Below are positions 51,079 through 64,000 of a DNA stretch of 64,000 bases, in pieces. A program made the position numbers and the translations under genes. The notes below the pieces were generated by a model that had not been told where the DNA came from, ran no database searches, and worked only from the letters and a program-made list of their open reading frames with translations. Source of the DNA: the human T2T-CHM13v2.0 reference genome, Homo sapiens; NCBI RefSeq assembly GCF_009914755.1, contig NC_060926.1; one strand, given 5' to 3'. Numbering within the stretch: position 1 is the first letter of the stretch; the number at the start of each line of letters is the position of its first letter.

Positions 51079-51122
<44 letters not shown>
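51079..51122. repeat. (TG)n microsatellite
   Basis: Seen directly. Confidence 0.95.
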
Positions 51123-51124
<2 letters not shown>

Positions 51125-52254
51125 CCAAGTAAACCTTTCACACATTTCTAACAATAGTCTTCAACTTAAAAAACGCCCAGATTGTCTAAAGAATAATGGC
51201 AACAAACATGTGTGGGAAATCACCTTCAATCTGGCCAGTGCCCTTTGTTCTTTGTATACCTATTTTATATCTGAAACAGCCCTTTTTTTCTTCAATATTT
51301 ATTTAACAGAGGAGGAAACAGCCTCAGAGAAATCAAGGCACTTTCCTCAAATCTGACGTTACATGAAGAGCTTGGTCTGTCCAGTTTCAAAGTTTTACAT
51401 TCACTATAACACTCACTTAGAGTTCTTACAATGGTTTCTTATTCCAAATCAAGTGACTACTCTGCATCCCCACCACTATTTCAACCATTAATTCACTCAT
51501 TTGTTTAACATGTATTCACTCATTTATTTAACATGTATTGAGCAAATACCCTGAATAAGGTTTTAGGAGTAGAAAAATGACCAGACATCCCATCAACCTA
51601 GATGGCTTTGGGAGGAAGACATGGAAATGAGCGACACAATATACTGTGATGGGTATGAAAAGAGGAGTTGTGAAATCTTACGAAGTATCTGATCTTGACT
51701 AGGGGCACTGACCTTGAGGCCTGCCCTGAGTGATTTTCAGTCATTAATGTTCTCTCACATCTAAATTCAACCTCACACATGTTTACTCACTCTGTGTATC
51801 CCCTTACACACTCTCATACAATTCACTCAGGTTAGAGTGTGCTCAGAAAGGTGAAATGTAATTTAAAAACGGCCCGATGTTTTTTGTTTATGATAGAAGC
51901 AAAACTATGCGTGTTTCTCTATCAACATTGTCTATGAGTCACTTGAGGGACACATAGATTGTAAAATACTCCTAGATTACAAGTTGTTAACTTGCCAACT
52001 GAAAACTATTTATTCAACACTTCTATATGCAAGACACTGGGCTAACTGGGGTAGAAGATTCAAAGCAATAATAATGATATAAAAATGATTCCTGCCACCT
52101 GGCAGTAAATAAGTGCTAAACACTGGCACAGACCACAGTGCTGAATGAAATCAGAGCGTGCTACCATTCATAAACAGGAGAGATTCAAGGTAATTCTTTC
52201 ACTTTAGACAATAACAATCCAAGTGCTTTATATAATCTGGATAATAACGAAGAA

Positions 52255-52752
52255 CAAATTTGCAATTGCAAAAATGTGGAACCAGCCCAAATGCCCATCA
52301 ATCAATGAGTGGATAAAGAAACTGTGGCACATATACATACATACATATATATATATATATATTATATATAATTATTATATATAATAGAATACTACTCAGC
52401 CATGAAAATGAATGAATTAATGGCATTTGCAGCAACCTAGATGGGATTTGAGACTATTATTCTAAGTGAAGTAACTCAGGAATGGAAAACCAAACATCAT
52501 ATGTTCCCACTTATAAGTGGGAGCTAAGCTGTGAGGATGCAAAGGCATAAGAATGATATAATGGACTTTGGGGACTCAGGAGGAAAGGGTGGGAAGCAGG
52601 TGAGGGATAAAAAACTACAAATTGGATTCAGTGTATACTTCTTGGGTGATAGGTGTACCAAAATTCAGAAATCACCATTAAAGAAGTTACTCATGTAACC
52701 AAACACCACCTGTTCCCCAAAAACCTGTGGAAATAAAAAATAAAAAAAATAA
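52255..52752 (+). mobile_element. L1PB-like 3' end
   Basis: ORF2 end and 3'UTR (ggaatggaaaaccaaacatcatatgttc), A-rich tail. Confidence 0.85.
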
Positions 52753-53065
52753 AGAGTGCGCCAGCTTTATCAATAAACTTCAATAAAGACCAAATATTAG
52801 GGACTGCACAGCAGCAATTGATCCACTATAGAGCTTTCTGTGGTGCAATATGACTGGACGCTGGAACCGAGCATGCTAATCATCTTAGCTGTTATACTAT
52901 GATGGGTACCGAATGTGTGAGTCTTTTTAAATACATGATTTGAGTCCTGTGAAAATAAAAGTAGGGTAAATAAAAGTACAGAAAAAGTCAGGTAATTTTC
53001 CTTCTTCCTATACCCTTACACTTGCATGTTTTTTCCCCCTTTTCTTCCCCATAGTTGCATTTAGG

Positions 53066-53161
53066 TAAAGTAGCTGTGGCTTTTTCTGCTCTGATAAACT
53101 TTAAACTTACCTCAAGTAAAGTAGCTGCAGTTTTCTTTGTTATGATAAACTTTAAACTTGC
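53066..53161. repeat. Diverged tandem duplication (about 51 bp period)
   Basis: gtaaagtagctg...tgataaactttaaactt occurs twice. Confidence 0.85.
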
Positions 53162-53489
53162 TTATTGTTTTTTCTTCTGGAATTATTGATGTTCTATTTT
53201 TTTAGACATGAGCTGTCTTTTCTAGTATTAAAAAATAGCTCTATTGAGATTATTTCTTTTCACATGTGAGACTTCTGTATTTACTATAAACACTCTTTTC
53301 TCACAAAGATTCTACATTTTATTTTTCTCTTTACAGGGAGAAGTCTAATATCACCCACACATTCCTGTCTTCTTTCCTTCAACTGTGCCCTCATACTGGC
53401 TCCTTGATCTGAGTTATATCTATCCTATTCAAGTAGGAGCCTCTGAAACTCTCTCTCAATCCCTGGACAAGATCGTAAGTAAAAATAAC

Positions 53490-53830
53490 ATTTCATCCTA
53501 GGAGGCACGGAGAGATTAGAGCCACCCTTAAGGATACAATGGATATGGAGCTGGTGGTCCCCATCATGTCTCCATTCAGTTCACCAACATAGACCCCAAA
53601 GAAAGTCAAGGGATCCTGGAGGATAGCTATAAATGACAGAAAGTAAGATAAGGTATTTTTGCCGGAACAAATTATTAAATAATTTGACCTCAAGTTTCTG
53701 ATAAGTGGCCATGGATTTGGCAAATGCATTTCTTTGCAGCCCAATTACAAAAGACTGTATCTCTGTCATGATGAAGACCAGGAACAATTTTCATTCACAT
53801 GGAAGAGACATCAATATTTGCTCTCTGTCA
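53490..53830 (+). mobile_element. ERV-L-type pol (reverse transcriptase) relic
   Basis: EIRATLKDTMDMELVVPIMSPFSSP..KKVKGSWRIAINDRK, AMDLANAF, DQEQFSFTWKRHQY vs ERVL EISATIKDLKDAGVVIPTTSPFNSP..DGSWRMTVDYRK, AIDLANAFF, HQKQFAFSWQGQQY. Confidence 0.85.
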
Positions 53831-53864
53831 CGATACAATCTGAAGAAATCCACCCTGCCTCGAT

Positions 53865-54140
53865 ATCTCTGGAAGGCTGAATATTGATCCCCCTTCCCCA
53901 CTCAAAGGTGTCCATGTCCTAATCCCTGAAACCTGTGTCTATGTCACCTTCCAAGGCAAGAGAATTTTACAAATGTGATCAAGCTAAGGCTCTTGAGATG
54001 GGAAGACTATCCTGGGTGATCTGAGTGGGCCTGATGCAATCACAAAGATCCTTGTAAGTCAAAGAGGGAGATAAAGGAGTCAGAGTCAGAGAAGATGTAA
54101 TGATGGAAGCGTGTGTGTGTGTGTGTGTGTGTGTTTGTGT

Positions 54141-54184
<44 letters not shown>

Positions 54185-54445
54185 TAGAGATTGAGATTTG
54201 AAGATGTTATGTTGCTGGCTTAAAGATAGAGGTAGGAGCCATGAGCCAAGGACCGCAGGCAGCCTTTAGAAGCTGGCAAGGGCAAGGAAACAGATTCTCT
54301 CCTGAAGCTTCCAGAAGCAACACAGCCCTGAAGACACCTTGATTTCAGGACATCTGGCCTCCAGAACTGTAAGATAACACATATGTATGGCTTTATGCCA
54401 CTAAGTTTGTGGTGATTTGTTGTAACAACAACAGAAAACTGATGA
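53865..54445 (+). mobile_element. MLT1D-like LTR with internal (GT)n/(GA)n
   Basis: gtccatgtcctaatccctgaaacctgtg...ccactaagtttgtggtgatttgt. Confidence 0.85.
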
Positions 54446-55280
54446 AGATTTCCCAGAGAACATCAGAGTGATGGTAGGAGGTAGGATGTTTTTATGGGTT
54501 AGTGAATTCAGCAGCTCAATGACATATTTAAAATCCCAGCTTCTTTAACAGTTTTCTCTTTGACATCCTCAGTGTGGTTTTTGCTTTTGTTTTCAGACTA
54601 ATTTCCTCATGGTGACATGATTGCTGCCTGGTTCCAAGCATCACATCTCACGTGTCACCAGTCAGGAAGGGGGAATGGGCGTTGTGTTTATTTACAGTAA
54701 TAAGTAACACTTTATCATAACAGTAGAATATATTTTGTCCCGTGTGTCCTCCATTCTTTATATTGAACTGCAAATCAGGATAACTAAAGGAGACATTGCA
54801 AAGGGTTGTATAGATGTTGAGACATAATGTTGAACAGGCAAGTGACCTTTGAATCTCTGACTATTCTTGTCACGTTTGATAAAGATAAGAGTTGGCATAC
54901 AGGGTAATCTAACTGGAGTGTTTTTTGAGAAGAGGTATATTGAGTATTTGAAGACACAGTTAATAAAGAATCTTGCATAAAGAGTCATAGGATTCCAAGC
55001 AAAATTCAGTCCAAGTACTTATCAGTGAGTAGTTATGAAAATACCCGTTGCTTTAAAGGCCTGTAATCTTCTTTGGAAAGCTCTGAATGCAAACCTCCTT
55101 CTAAAATGACCAAATATACTTATTTGCCAATAAGCAATACTTTCTCAGAGTAATTTTTGTTCTCTAATATAGATTTCATTAACCTGTTCAATTTATCAGC
55201 TTATTCAGTTAATTACACAGTTTTGCTCTGGGCCCTGGCAGCAGCAAAATGATGCCATGGTTCGCCAGCATGGGGGAGCA

Positions 55281-55373
55281 TGTGTAGGGATTGGGTTGGA
55301 AATCTTCACAAGGGTGGTTGCTACTCTACCAAGATTTCCACTGCAGTTCAGTGGCTCTATAATTGACACTGCT
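55281..55373 (+). pseudogene. Candidate sGC catalytic-domain pseudo-exon remnant
   Basis: CVGIGLEIFTRVVATLPRFPLQFSGSIIDTA vs [31 protein letters not shown]; correct order but gapped, with no clear splice sites. Confidence 0.25.
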
Positions 55374-55754
55374 GTCTTGGGGAGGTCCTTTGCAGTAGGA
55401 ATGCAACTGATGAGAAATGGCTTGGAGTTAATTGAAACCTTTTGAAGTTGCTCCAGTCTTCAAACAAACAAACACAAAAATAAATTCTTAAGTGTTATAT
55501 TTACAGCATAAATTTATAACAATATTTCTTATGGGAAGGAACTTTGGGGCCATGTTCATTCTCATGTACTGCATACATCTTCTGCAGCCACTGAACAGTA
55601 ACACGAGGGCTGAATTCACTGAGGGCCGAAGTGTGATGCCATGGGAAGGGCATCGGACCATGAGTCAGGACATGGGGTTTCTGGGGCAAGTTCTGCCACT
55701 AACTCCCTTGCAGGATGTGGGATCAAAATGAACGCCCACTTTAATTTTCTTTGA

Positions 55755-56201
<447 letters not shown>

Positions 56202-56204
56202 CTA

Positions 56205-56665
56205 TTACTACTATTTCTTGAGTGCTTACTGGGAACTAAGTATATCATAGTAAGTGCTTTGCATCATTTACCTCATTAAATTTTTATGTCAGAGAATGTC
56301 AGTATATCTCCTCTTAACAGATGAGAGGGCGAGACTTAAAGAGGCCAGGTCATGTTGCTTAAGGTCACATGGGTGTGTAGGTGTTAGAGCCCAGGACCGT
56401 CTGATTTCAAGGCCTATGCACTTCCTGCTTTAAGATGGATAACAAGCAGGGCTGATGTTAGTAACCCCTCAGCTTTACAAGAGTGATTCCCAGCCTGCGT
56501 GTACATTGGCATCATAGTGGGTGAAGGGGAACTTTAAAGGACACTGATGCCAAGCTCCACCCCAAGGGATGCTGATGTAAGTTGTCTTGGTTACAGCCTG
56601 GGCAGTGGGATTTTTTTAGTTCTCCCCAATTTGTTTTATTTTGCAGCCAAGATTGAGAACCGCAG
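56205..56665. mobile_element. MIR (56205-56425) and MER5A-like (56480-56665)
   Basis: MIR core; cccagcctg...gcagccaagattgagaacc. Confidence 0.6.
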
Positions 56666-56948
56666 CTTTATGTGAAGTTTCAGAGATTGAGAAGAGAAAG
56701 CTGGGAGGGTTGAGGTACTTTCTGGTCATGGAGCTCCAGTGTTCAGAGAGCTAGTTTTTCTTAGAAGAGTTTCTTGAAGAGGTTCTTTAAATGCTAAATT
56801 CTTGGGATTTGGACTAATCATCAATGCAGCTCTAAAAGTGTAAAGCACTTGTGGAAGGGAAGGAGCAAGTATTTGGGAGGAACACTTGAATTAGTTGGTT
56901 TCAGAGAGCAGATTTGATATGAGGGGAGTTCCTGTTCTAACAGAAAAA

Positions 56949-57282
56949 GGGCCGAGCACGGTGGCTCATGCCTGTAATCCCAGCACTTTGGGCGGCCGAG
57001 GTGGGTGGACCACGAGGTCAGGAGATGGAGACCATCTGGCTAACACAGTGAAACCCTGTCTCTACTAAAAAAAAAAAAAAAAAAAAATACAAAAAATTAG
57101 CTGGGCGTAGTGGCAGGAGCCTGTAGTCCCAGTTACTCAGGAGGCTGAGGCAGGAGAATGGTGTGAACCCAGGAAGCAGAGCTTGCAGTGAGCCGAGATC
57201 GTGCCACTGCACTCCAGCCTGGGCGATAGAGCGAGACTCCGTCTCAAAAAAAAAAAAAAAAAGAAAAAAAAAGAGAAAAAGA
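56949..57282 (+). mobile_element. AluY
   Basis: Dimer with expanded middle A-tract. Confidence 0.95.
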
Positions 57283-57575
57283 AGATTCTATGTGTGATGA
57301 TGTAGTGACAAGTTCTCACATAATTAATCCAGTCAGGCCTATAACTAAAGGTCATGGCAGAGATGAAAAGGGTCACAGTTTGGGTGGACAGTGTAATATC
57401 ATCCACATAGTAGATAAGATGATGTAATTAAGAAGGGAGTGATTCGTTTACTTCTTGTGTGCCCATTTAACTGTTACATGTGACCATGAGCCATTGAGCA
57501 AATTACACTTTCTAGTATATTAAATGGTGTAACAACTGAACCAAAGACTTATCTGCTTCTGGGTTATTTACTCAC

Positions 57576-57754
57576 CTTCCTACTCTGCAATGCTGAATGC
57601 TCTTTTATATTAAATAACTGGATTTGTTGGACAAAATGTGCTTCAAAATCAAAGGGTCTTCTGGATATTTTGGAGAGTGAAGTTTTCTCCTTCTTAGCAA
57701 GTCTTGGTTGTTCCGTCATCTTTCCATCAGCAGTGAGTTCCTGGTTGGAGGTAA
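57576..57754 (-). other. Candidate 179-nt minus-strand exon (gene unknown; coding or lncRNA)
   Basis: Acceptor ttttaatttatacacAG, donor AAG|GTGAGT, open frame TSNQELTADGKMTEQPRLAKKEKTSLSKISRRPFDFEAHFVQQIQLFNIKEHSALQSRK; non-repeat sequence. Confidence 0.35.
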
Positions 57755-58464
57755 CTGTGTATAAATTAAAACTCCTCAAGGCCAGGGAAGAAGAGGAAGA
57801 AAGAAGTGTGTGGGCTTGAGAATTAATTCTGAGTAGAACTGGGGACAATCTTCATGAATGAGTGAAACCATGAGTGATAACTGTGTTCCTTAAAGAAGAG
57901 GGTTGCTCTGTTTCTTGGGATGCTCTTAACAAAAGTGAATGTGTACGTGGTTTTCCCAAAAGGGCATTGAGCAAATGACAGGATGAATTTAGCATTGTTA
58001 GGTACAGACTTTTCATTGGTTCTTAGATAGAAACATACCCAGTATAAGAATTCTGAAGTGACTGAAAGAGGAGATATTCTAGTGAAAGAAAAAGGAAGAA
58101 AGAGCTGCTATTTCCTGACTGAAAATCTGACTTCCACAGAGAATTACCTTTTAGGAAAACCCAGATGGGAACAAGTTTAATCTTTCTCTGAGTTGAGGGT
58201 GAATGGGGTTTCCAGTTCAATTTTTAAGGTAGTTTTAATCATGCCAAACTATTAAATGTGTATGTATGAGATTGGATTAACTCAGTCTTTCTTGTGTCAC
58301 TTTTTAGAAAAGGAATTGTTAGCAGATGATTGTAGTCATGAAATATTTTGACTGTCTGGCAGCACTAATGTTAAAGATAGAAACAATAAAAAAAGCCAAA
58401 ACAGGTCTTTTATTCATTCTTGTATGAAAAAGCATATTCTCCAACTATATATGCTTTTTGAAAA

Positions 58465-58790
58465 ATTTTATTTTTCCATAAGTTATTGGGGTACAGGTGG
58501 TATTTGGTTACATGAGTAAGCTCTTTAGTGGAGATTTGTGACATCCTGGTGCACCCATCACCCGAGCAGTGTACACTGCACCATATTTGTTGTCTTTTGT
58601 CCCTTGCCTCCTCCCACTCTTCCCCCCAAGTCCCTAAAGTCTATTTTATCATTCTTATGCCTTTGTGTCCTCATAGCTTAGCTCCCACATATCAGTGAGA
58701 ACATATGATGTTTGGATTTCCATTCCTGAGTTACTTCACTTAGAATAATAGTCTCTAATCTCATCCAGGTCATTCCAAATGCTGTTAATA
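58465..58790 (-). mobile_element. L1PB-like 3' fragment
   Basis: Antisense match to the same subfamily as 52255-52752. Confidence 0.85.
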
Positions 58791-59828
58791 TGCTTTTAAA
58801 AACATAGCTTGATTAAATGAACATTCTCCTGCATTGATATTTAAAAATTAAGTATTGCAGCAGGTGGCAGAACTCAAGTCTCTTGAGAAAGGAATATGAT
58901 TGAAGATTGTTGACTGGAATAACATACCTTTTCTTCCCCAGATGGTTTTATTGTCCTTTAAGTTCTGTGAATGGTGTTTTCCATAATCAGCAGGTACTAC
59001 TGTATTTTGCCTTTAATTTTGGTGGCTAAAACTATCAAGCTCAATGTTTGTGCCTTCCAGGATTCTTAGAGGTTACAAAGATTTATTTTCTAGAGGATAA
59101 ACTAGAATTTGGACCTAGAAATAAAATGAACTCCATTATGTTTCACATTTTCCCTGTACACAGCTGTCTCTGGTTAAGTTTATTGTAGGTTCTAACTGTA
59201 GAGAGCAGCTGTAGCTCAAGGCAATGAGAACAGACAGAACTGGGGTGCTAGAAAAATTGCCAGAGCTTGCCAGTTAGTCCTGAACACATTGTTTAGGCTT
59301 CCTTTGTATCAGTATGCTCATTTGTTCAAGGAAATTTGCTGGAGGCCATATTTATGAAAGCAGATAGCGGTGGCAGACAGTGTTGTACTTGACAATAAAT
59401 AGTTGGATGTATTTGCTAACCCCTAGTTTTCATCTCCCACAGGATTATTAATTTGTACCATTATTGGTAGTGTTTTTGACCATCAAGAGTTCATCATGGA
59501 GTCTTCCTCCCCCTTCTTCTTTGTCTTTTTCTTTTCTATCTTACTCTTCTTTACAGGTGAAGCTCTTGACCCAGCACTAGGGAAGTGTCTTGCTGTCCAA
59601 CTATTAGCTGATCACTCTTCAGTTCAACCTAGAGAAAATCAAAAGCTAGAAAAAAACAACAGCTAGAAATTTCATATCTAAATTTTATCAGTTTAACACC
59701 TTGACTTAAATTAGGCATATGTTGGGAGTCTATGTTTTGAATGGAACAAAATAACAGTATCTTGCATTTATTTAGTGCTTTATGCAACATATTGACCTTC
59801 ATGATCTTATTTGATCTTTAAATACCCC

Positions 59829-60212
59829 TGATATGGTTTGGCTCTGTGTCCCCACCCGAATCTCATCTCGAATTATAATCCCCACGTGTCAAGGGAGGGA
59901 CCTGTAATTCCCACTAGTTGAAGGAGGGCAGTGATTGGATCATGGGGGCAGTTTCCCCTCTGTTGTTCTCATGATAGTGAGTGAGTTCTCTTGAGAGCTG
60001 ATGGTTTTATAAGTGTTTGGAAGTTCCTCCTTCACTTTTCTCTCCTGCCGCCATGTGAAGAAGGTCTTTGCTTCCCCTTCACCTTCTGCCATGATTGTAG
60101 GTTGCCTGAGGCCTCCCCAGCCATGTGGAACTGTGAGTCAATTAAACCTCTTTCCTTTATAAATTACATAGTCAGGTATTTCTTTATAGCAATGTGAAAA
60201 CAAACGAATACA
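59829..60212 (+). mobile_element. THE1D/MSTA-like solo LTR
   Basis: tgatatggtttggctctgtgtcccc start, aataca end. Confidence 0.85.
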
Positions 60213-60426
60213 ACCACCCCAAACACTGAGAACATTGAGATCATCTTCACTTTTGAGAATGCCTCAAATTACAAACATTTAAATTTGATAACTCACTTAG
60301 TGTCATACATTTAGGGGACAGCATGGAACTCTTACAGAAGGAATCAGGAAATATAAGCTCCAGTTTTGGCTGTGCTACAAACTAACCATGTCAAGTTAGT
60401 GGCACAACCACCGTGAGCTATTCTTA

Positions 60427-60825
<399 letters not shown>

Positions 60826-61218
60826 AAAATCTGCCAGAGTGATTGTTTTTGTTTATGTATTGTTTTCCTTGCAAGATAACTGTACAAGTGAAAACCATAA
60901 AGTAGACAAAAATATATTTTGAAAAAAGTTTTAAAACAAAATATGCTCATACTTTCTAACATTATGTTTTAGTTCTGTGGCAAATATGTCTTGACTCTGG
61001 GTTAGGCTACATTTTCGTGAAGATGTGGAACTTTAGCCTTTTTATCCACGTAGATGTCACTTCTTATACGACCCTCTTATTCTCTTTTCCCATCCTCAGA
61101 CTTCCTCTTCCCTTTTTCATTTTCCAAAGTGTAACTTTCCACATCCCCTTTCTTGTTCTGGATCTCTATGTTTAGGAAATTGCGTTTAAGTCAGAGATCA
61201 AAATCTGGTATCTTAGGG

Positions 61219-61552
61219 CAGGGGTCCCCAACCTCTAGGCCACTGACTGGTACTGGTCCGTGGCCTTTTAGGAACCTGACTGCACAGCAGGAGGTGAGCA
61301 GCAGGTGAGTGAACATTACTGCCTAAGCTCCGCCTCCTGTCAGATCAGCAGCAGCATTAGATTCTCATAGGACCACTGGAAGTGCAAATGTAAGGGATCT
61401 AGGCTGCATGCTCCTTATGAGAATCTAATGTCTGATGATCTGAGATGGAACAATTTCATCCCCAAACCAACCCCTCTGCCTGTCTCCGCCATCCATAGAA
61501 AAATTGTCTTCCATGAAACTGGTCCCTGGTGCCAAAAATGTTGGGGACCCTT
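61219..61552 (+). mobile_element. MER1B
   Basis: caggggtccccaacc...gttggggaccc terminal inverted repeats. Confidence 0.9.
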
Positions 61553-61943
61553 GTGCTAGGGGCTAGATCTGGCCCCTAGATACATTGTGTTTGGTTTTCA
61601 CAGTGTTTAAAAAACTGAGCACATTGCCAATATTTATGAATCAGGAAATTTTGCATAAAAACCCAGATATTAATGTATCTTGAAAAATAGGCCATATGGC
61701 AATACTATGTCTGCTTTGCCATATGGCACTATGAAGGTGGGTAACAGTGGCTCTTCTTAGATGGAGCATATACATGTCTGCTCTCCAGAATCTTCACTCA
61801 TTGTTGTTACTTTCCTGTCACTGCTAGGCATTTGAGTTCCTGACTTAGTTTCATACATACCAGTGGAAGTTTTGGGCGTAGAAGAAGACAAACATAACTA
61901 GTTGATCAGAGCATGACCAAGATGCATTTCATGTTCTTTGTAA

Positions 61944-62332
<389 letters not shown>

Positions 62333-63054
62333 TATTTCTTTAATCCTATGTTAAATGATTTAATTTTAAAGCTTAACATTTTATAGTGTGGTGGTTTTTT
62401 TTACTGGAAACTGATAGATTCATGTAACTGTTCAGCTCATCGAACATGGATCAAATGTCAGTTACATACTCATTGAGCTTAGTGTTGGGGATATTTGTCA
62501 TATTAGCTTGGCCAGTTACGACATTACAACTTGCATAGTTGTCATGTATTGCTTTAAAAAAGTTTTACTGTTTGGGGAATGTTTCTTTTTAACTGAGGTT
62601 AAGGTGAAATTCCCAATTTTATAGATATGCAAAGAATATAATTGTGCATAAACTAAAAATGCCAACTATCTCATGGGTAATAGCTTAATTATCTACTCAG
62701 TGTGGGTCTTTATTCCCAGAGGAGTGTATTTTCACATCCAGTTTGCATCTTTCCCCTCCAGTTGTAACCTTGCCCTATTGTATATCTGTTATAATGTTAG
62801 GAATCTTGTTAATATTCAATGAATGCCATAAATAAAAGAAGCATTTAATTTTATTACATGACTTTTACCACAGGGTGTTGGTTGCTTTATTTCTGTCTTT
62901 TCTAGAAGCCTGTGACTATTACAATTTATTCTTAGAAATGGTATGAACCATTCCTATCCTTTCTTTGCTTCACTGCTTCTACTTGGTGCAGGATCAGAGG
63001 GTCCTGGACCATGTTTCTTGGTATTTACAACAGTAGATCACAAGCACAGCTGTA

Positions 63055-63185
63055 TGGCGGGAGTCACCTTGGAAAGCTCATTTAAAACGTGAATTTCACT
63101 TCTTCTTTCTGCCTTCCCCAGCTCCCCCAATCAATCTAATAGGTCTGGGGTGAGGCCCAGGAATCTGCATTTTAATAATCTGGAT
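63055..63185. mobile_element. MER5-like fragment
   Basis: taggtctggggtgaggcccaggaatctgcatttt. Confidence 0.6.
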
Positions 63186-64000
63186 ATTCTAATACAATAC
63201 GATCTTTGTTTAAGAAGGGTATTTGTATCAGAAACTCAATTGCTATAAACAGGAAGAGGAGCTATTCTGTTAACTAGAAGTTCAGGAATTGGGGGAGTTG
63301 TGAGAACTTCCATTCCTTGAGTAGTGATGAGCAGAACCATTTTTTCTCTCCTTCCAATCAGGTTTAGTGTGCTTGCCCTTAGTCAGCTCACAATTGCTCT
63401 GAGTCCACAATGTAAACTATGGATGTTGCTGTGTTTGAGCTCACACGCCTGTGACACAGGCTCTTAAAGAACAAATGAGCTAGTGTCAGTGAAATATCAA
63501 CACACAGTGAACTAAAAGGAGAATCACACTTATGTCACAGAAAACAAAGGATAGTTGCTTTTATGCCACTAATCAAAACCAGAACTTTTTTTCTAGGCTT
63601 GTTCTAGCTTCATCTGGAAAGTGAACAGAAGCATTTCTTGATGGCATAGTACAGACACTGACACTTAGCATATAATCACATTTAATTACTCACATGTCAT
63701 ATAGTCTACAATAGCCACTGCACACATACCAGTCATTAGTGCTCAGCAATGACAAAAAATAATTGCTTCCACTCCTTGGCCAAACAGGTCTATGGACCCA
63801 ATACCAAATATTTTGTGTGTCTTACTGGACATCTTGCCAGACTTCTTTATAGGGAAAGACACTGACCCAGCTAGACCTTGGTGCTGCCATCTCTTGAGAA
63901 TCAACTGTTTCTTACATTTAATCACTTCACATATCCTATTCTGCAATGATACTTAGCTGGTTTGTGGCCTGATTTGGTGAGTGTTTCAAAGAACTTGAAT

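Noticed and set aside
54845-54880. FESLTILVTF resembling FETCTILFSDVVTF
   Set aside because: Too short, lacks the FSD core and has no flanking similarity.
56684-56735. IEKRK..LR/VLSGH resembling the coiled-coil LEKKKEELRVLSNH
   Set aside because: It is out of order relative to the 49.3-50.0 kb and 55.3 kb candidates and is low-complexity purine-rich sequence.
62400-64000. AT-rich unique sequence with AATAAA, possibly a 3'UTR
   Set aside because: No associated coding exon or recognisable gene in the window; cannot be supported from sequence alone.

Overview
Alu-rich primate (human-like) intergenic or intronic DNA with no intact protein-coding gene that I can recognise. Most ORFs in the supplied track are Alu or LTR read-throughs. 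The window holds about 45 Alus, old L1M/L1PB/L2/MIR fragments, DNA transposon relics (MER20, MER6B, MER58, MER82, MER5A, MER1B), a full-length THE1A MaLR, an LTR12 (ERV9) solo LTR nested in an Alu, other solo LTRs, an ERV-L reverse-transcriptase relic and a pre-tRNA-Tyr fragment. The main find is a decayed, intron-containing, plus-strand relic of a soluble guanylate cyclase beta-2-like gene. At least four colinear pseudo-exons (26657-27373, 30563-30656, 38351-38523, 45336-45438) encode H-NOX and PAS-domain sequence, and weaker candidates extend to about 55.4 kb. It is too diverged to be GUCY1B2 itself and looks like an anciently lost sGC-beta paralog. All protein and repeat comparisons are by eye against sequences recalled from memory; repeat boundaries and subfamily calls are approximate.
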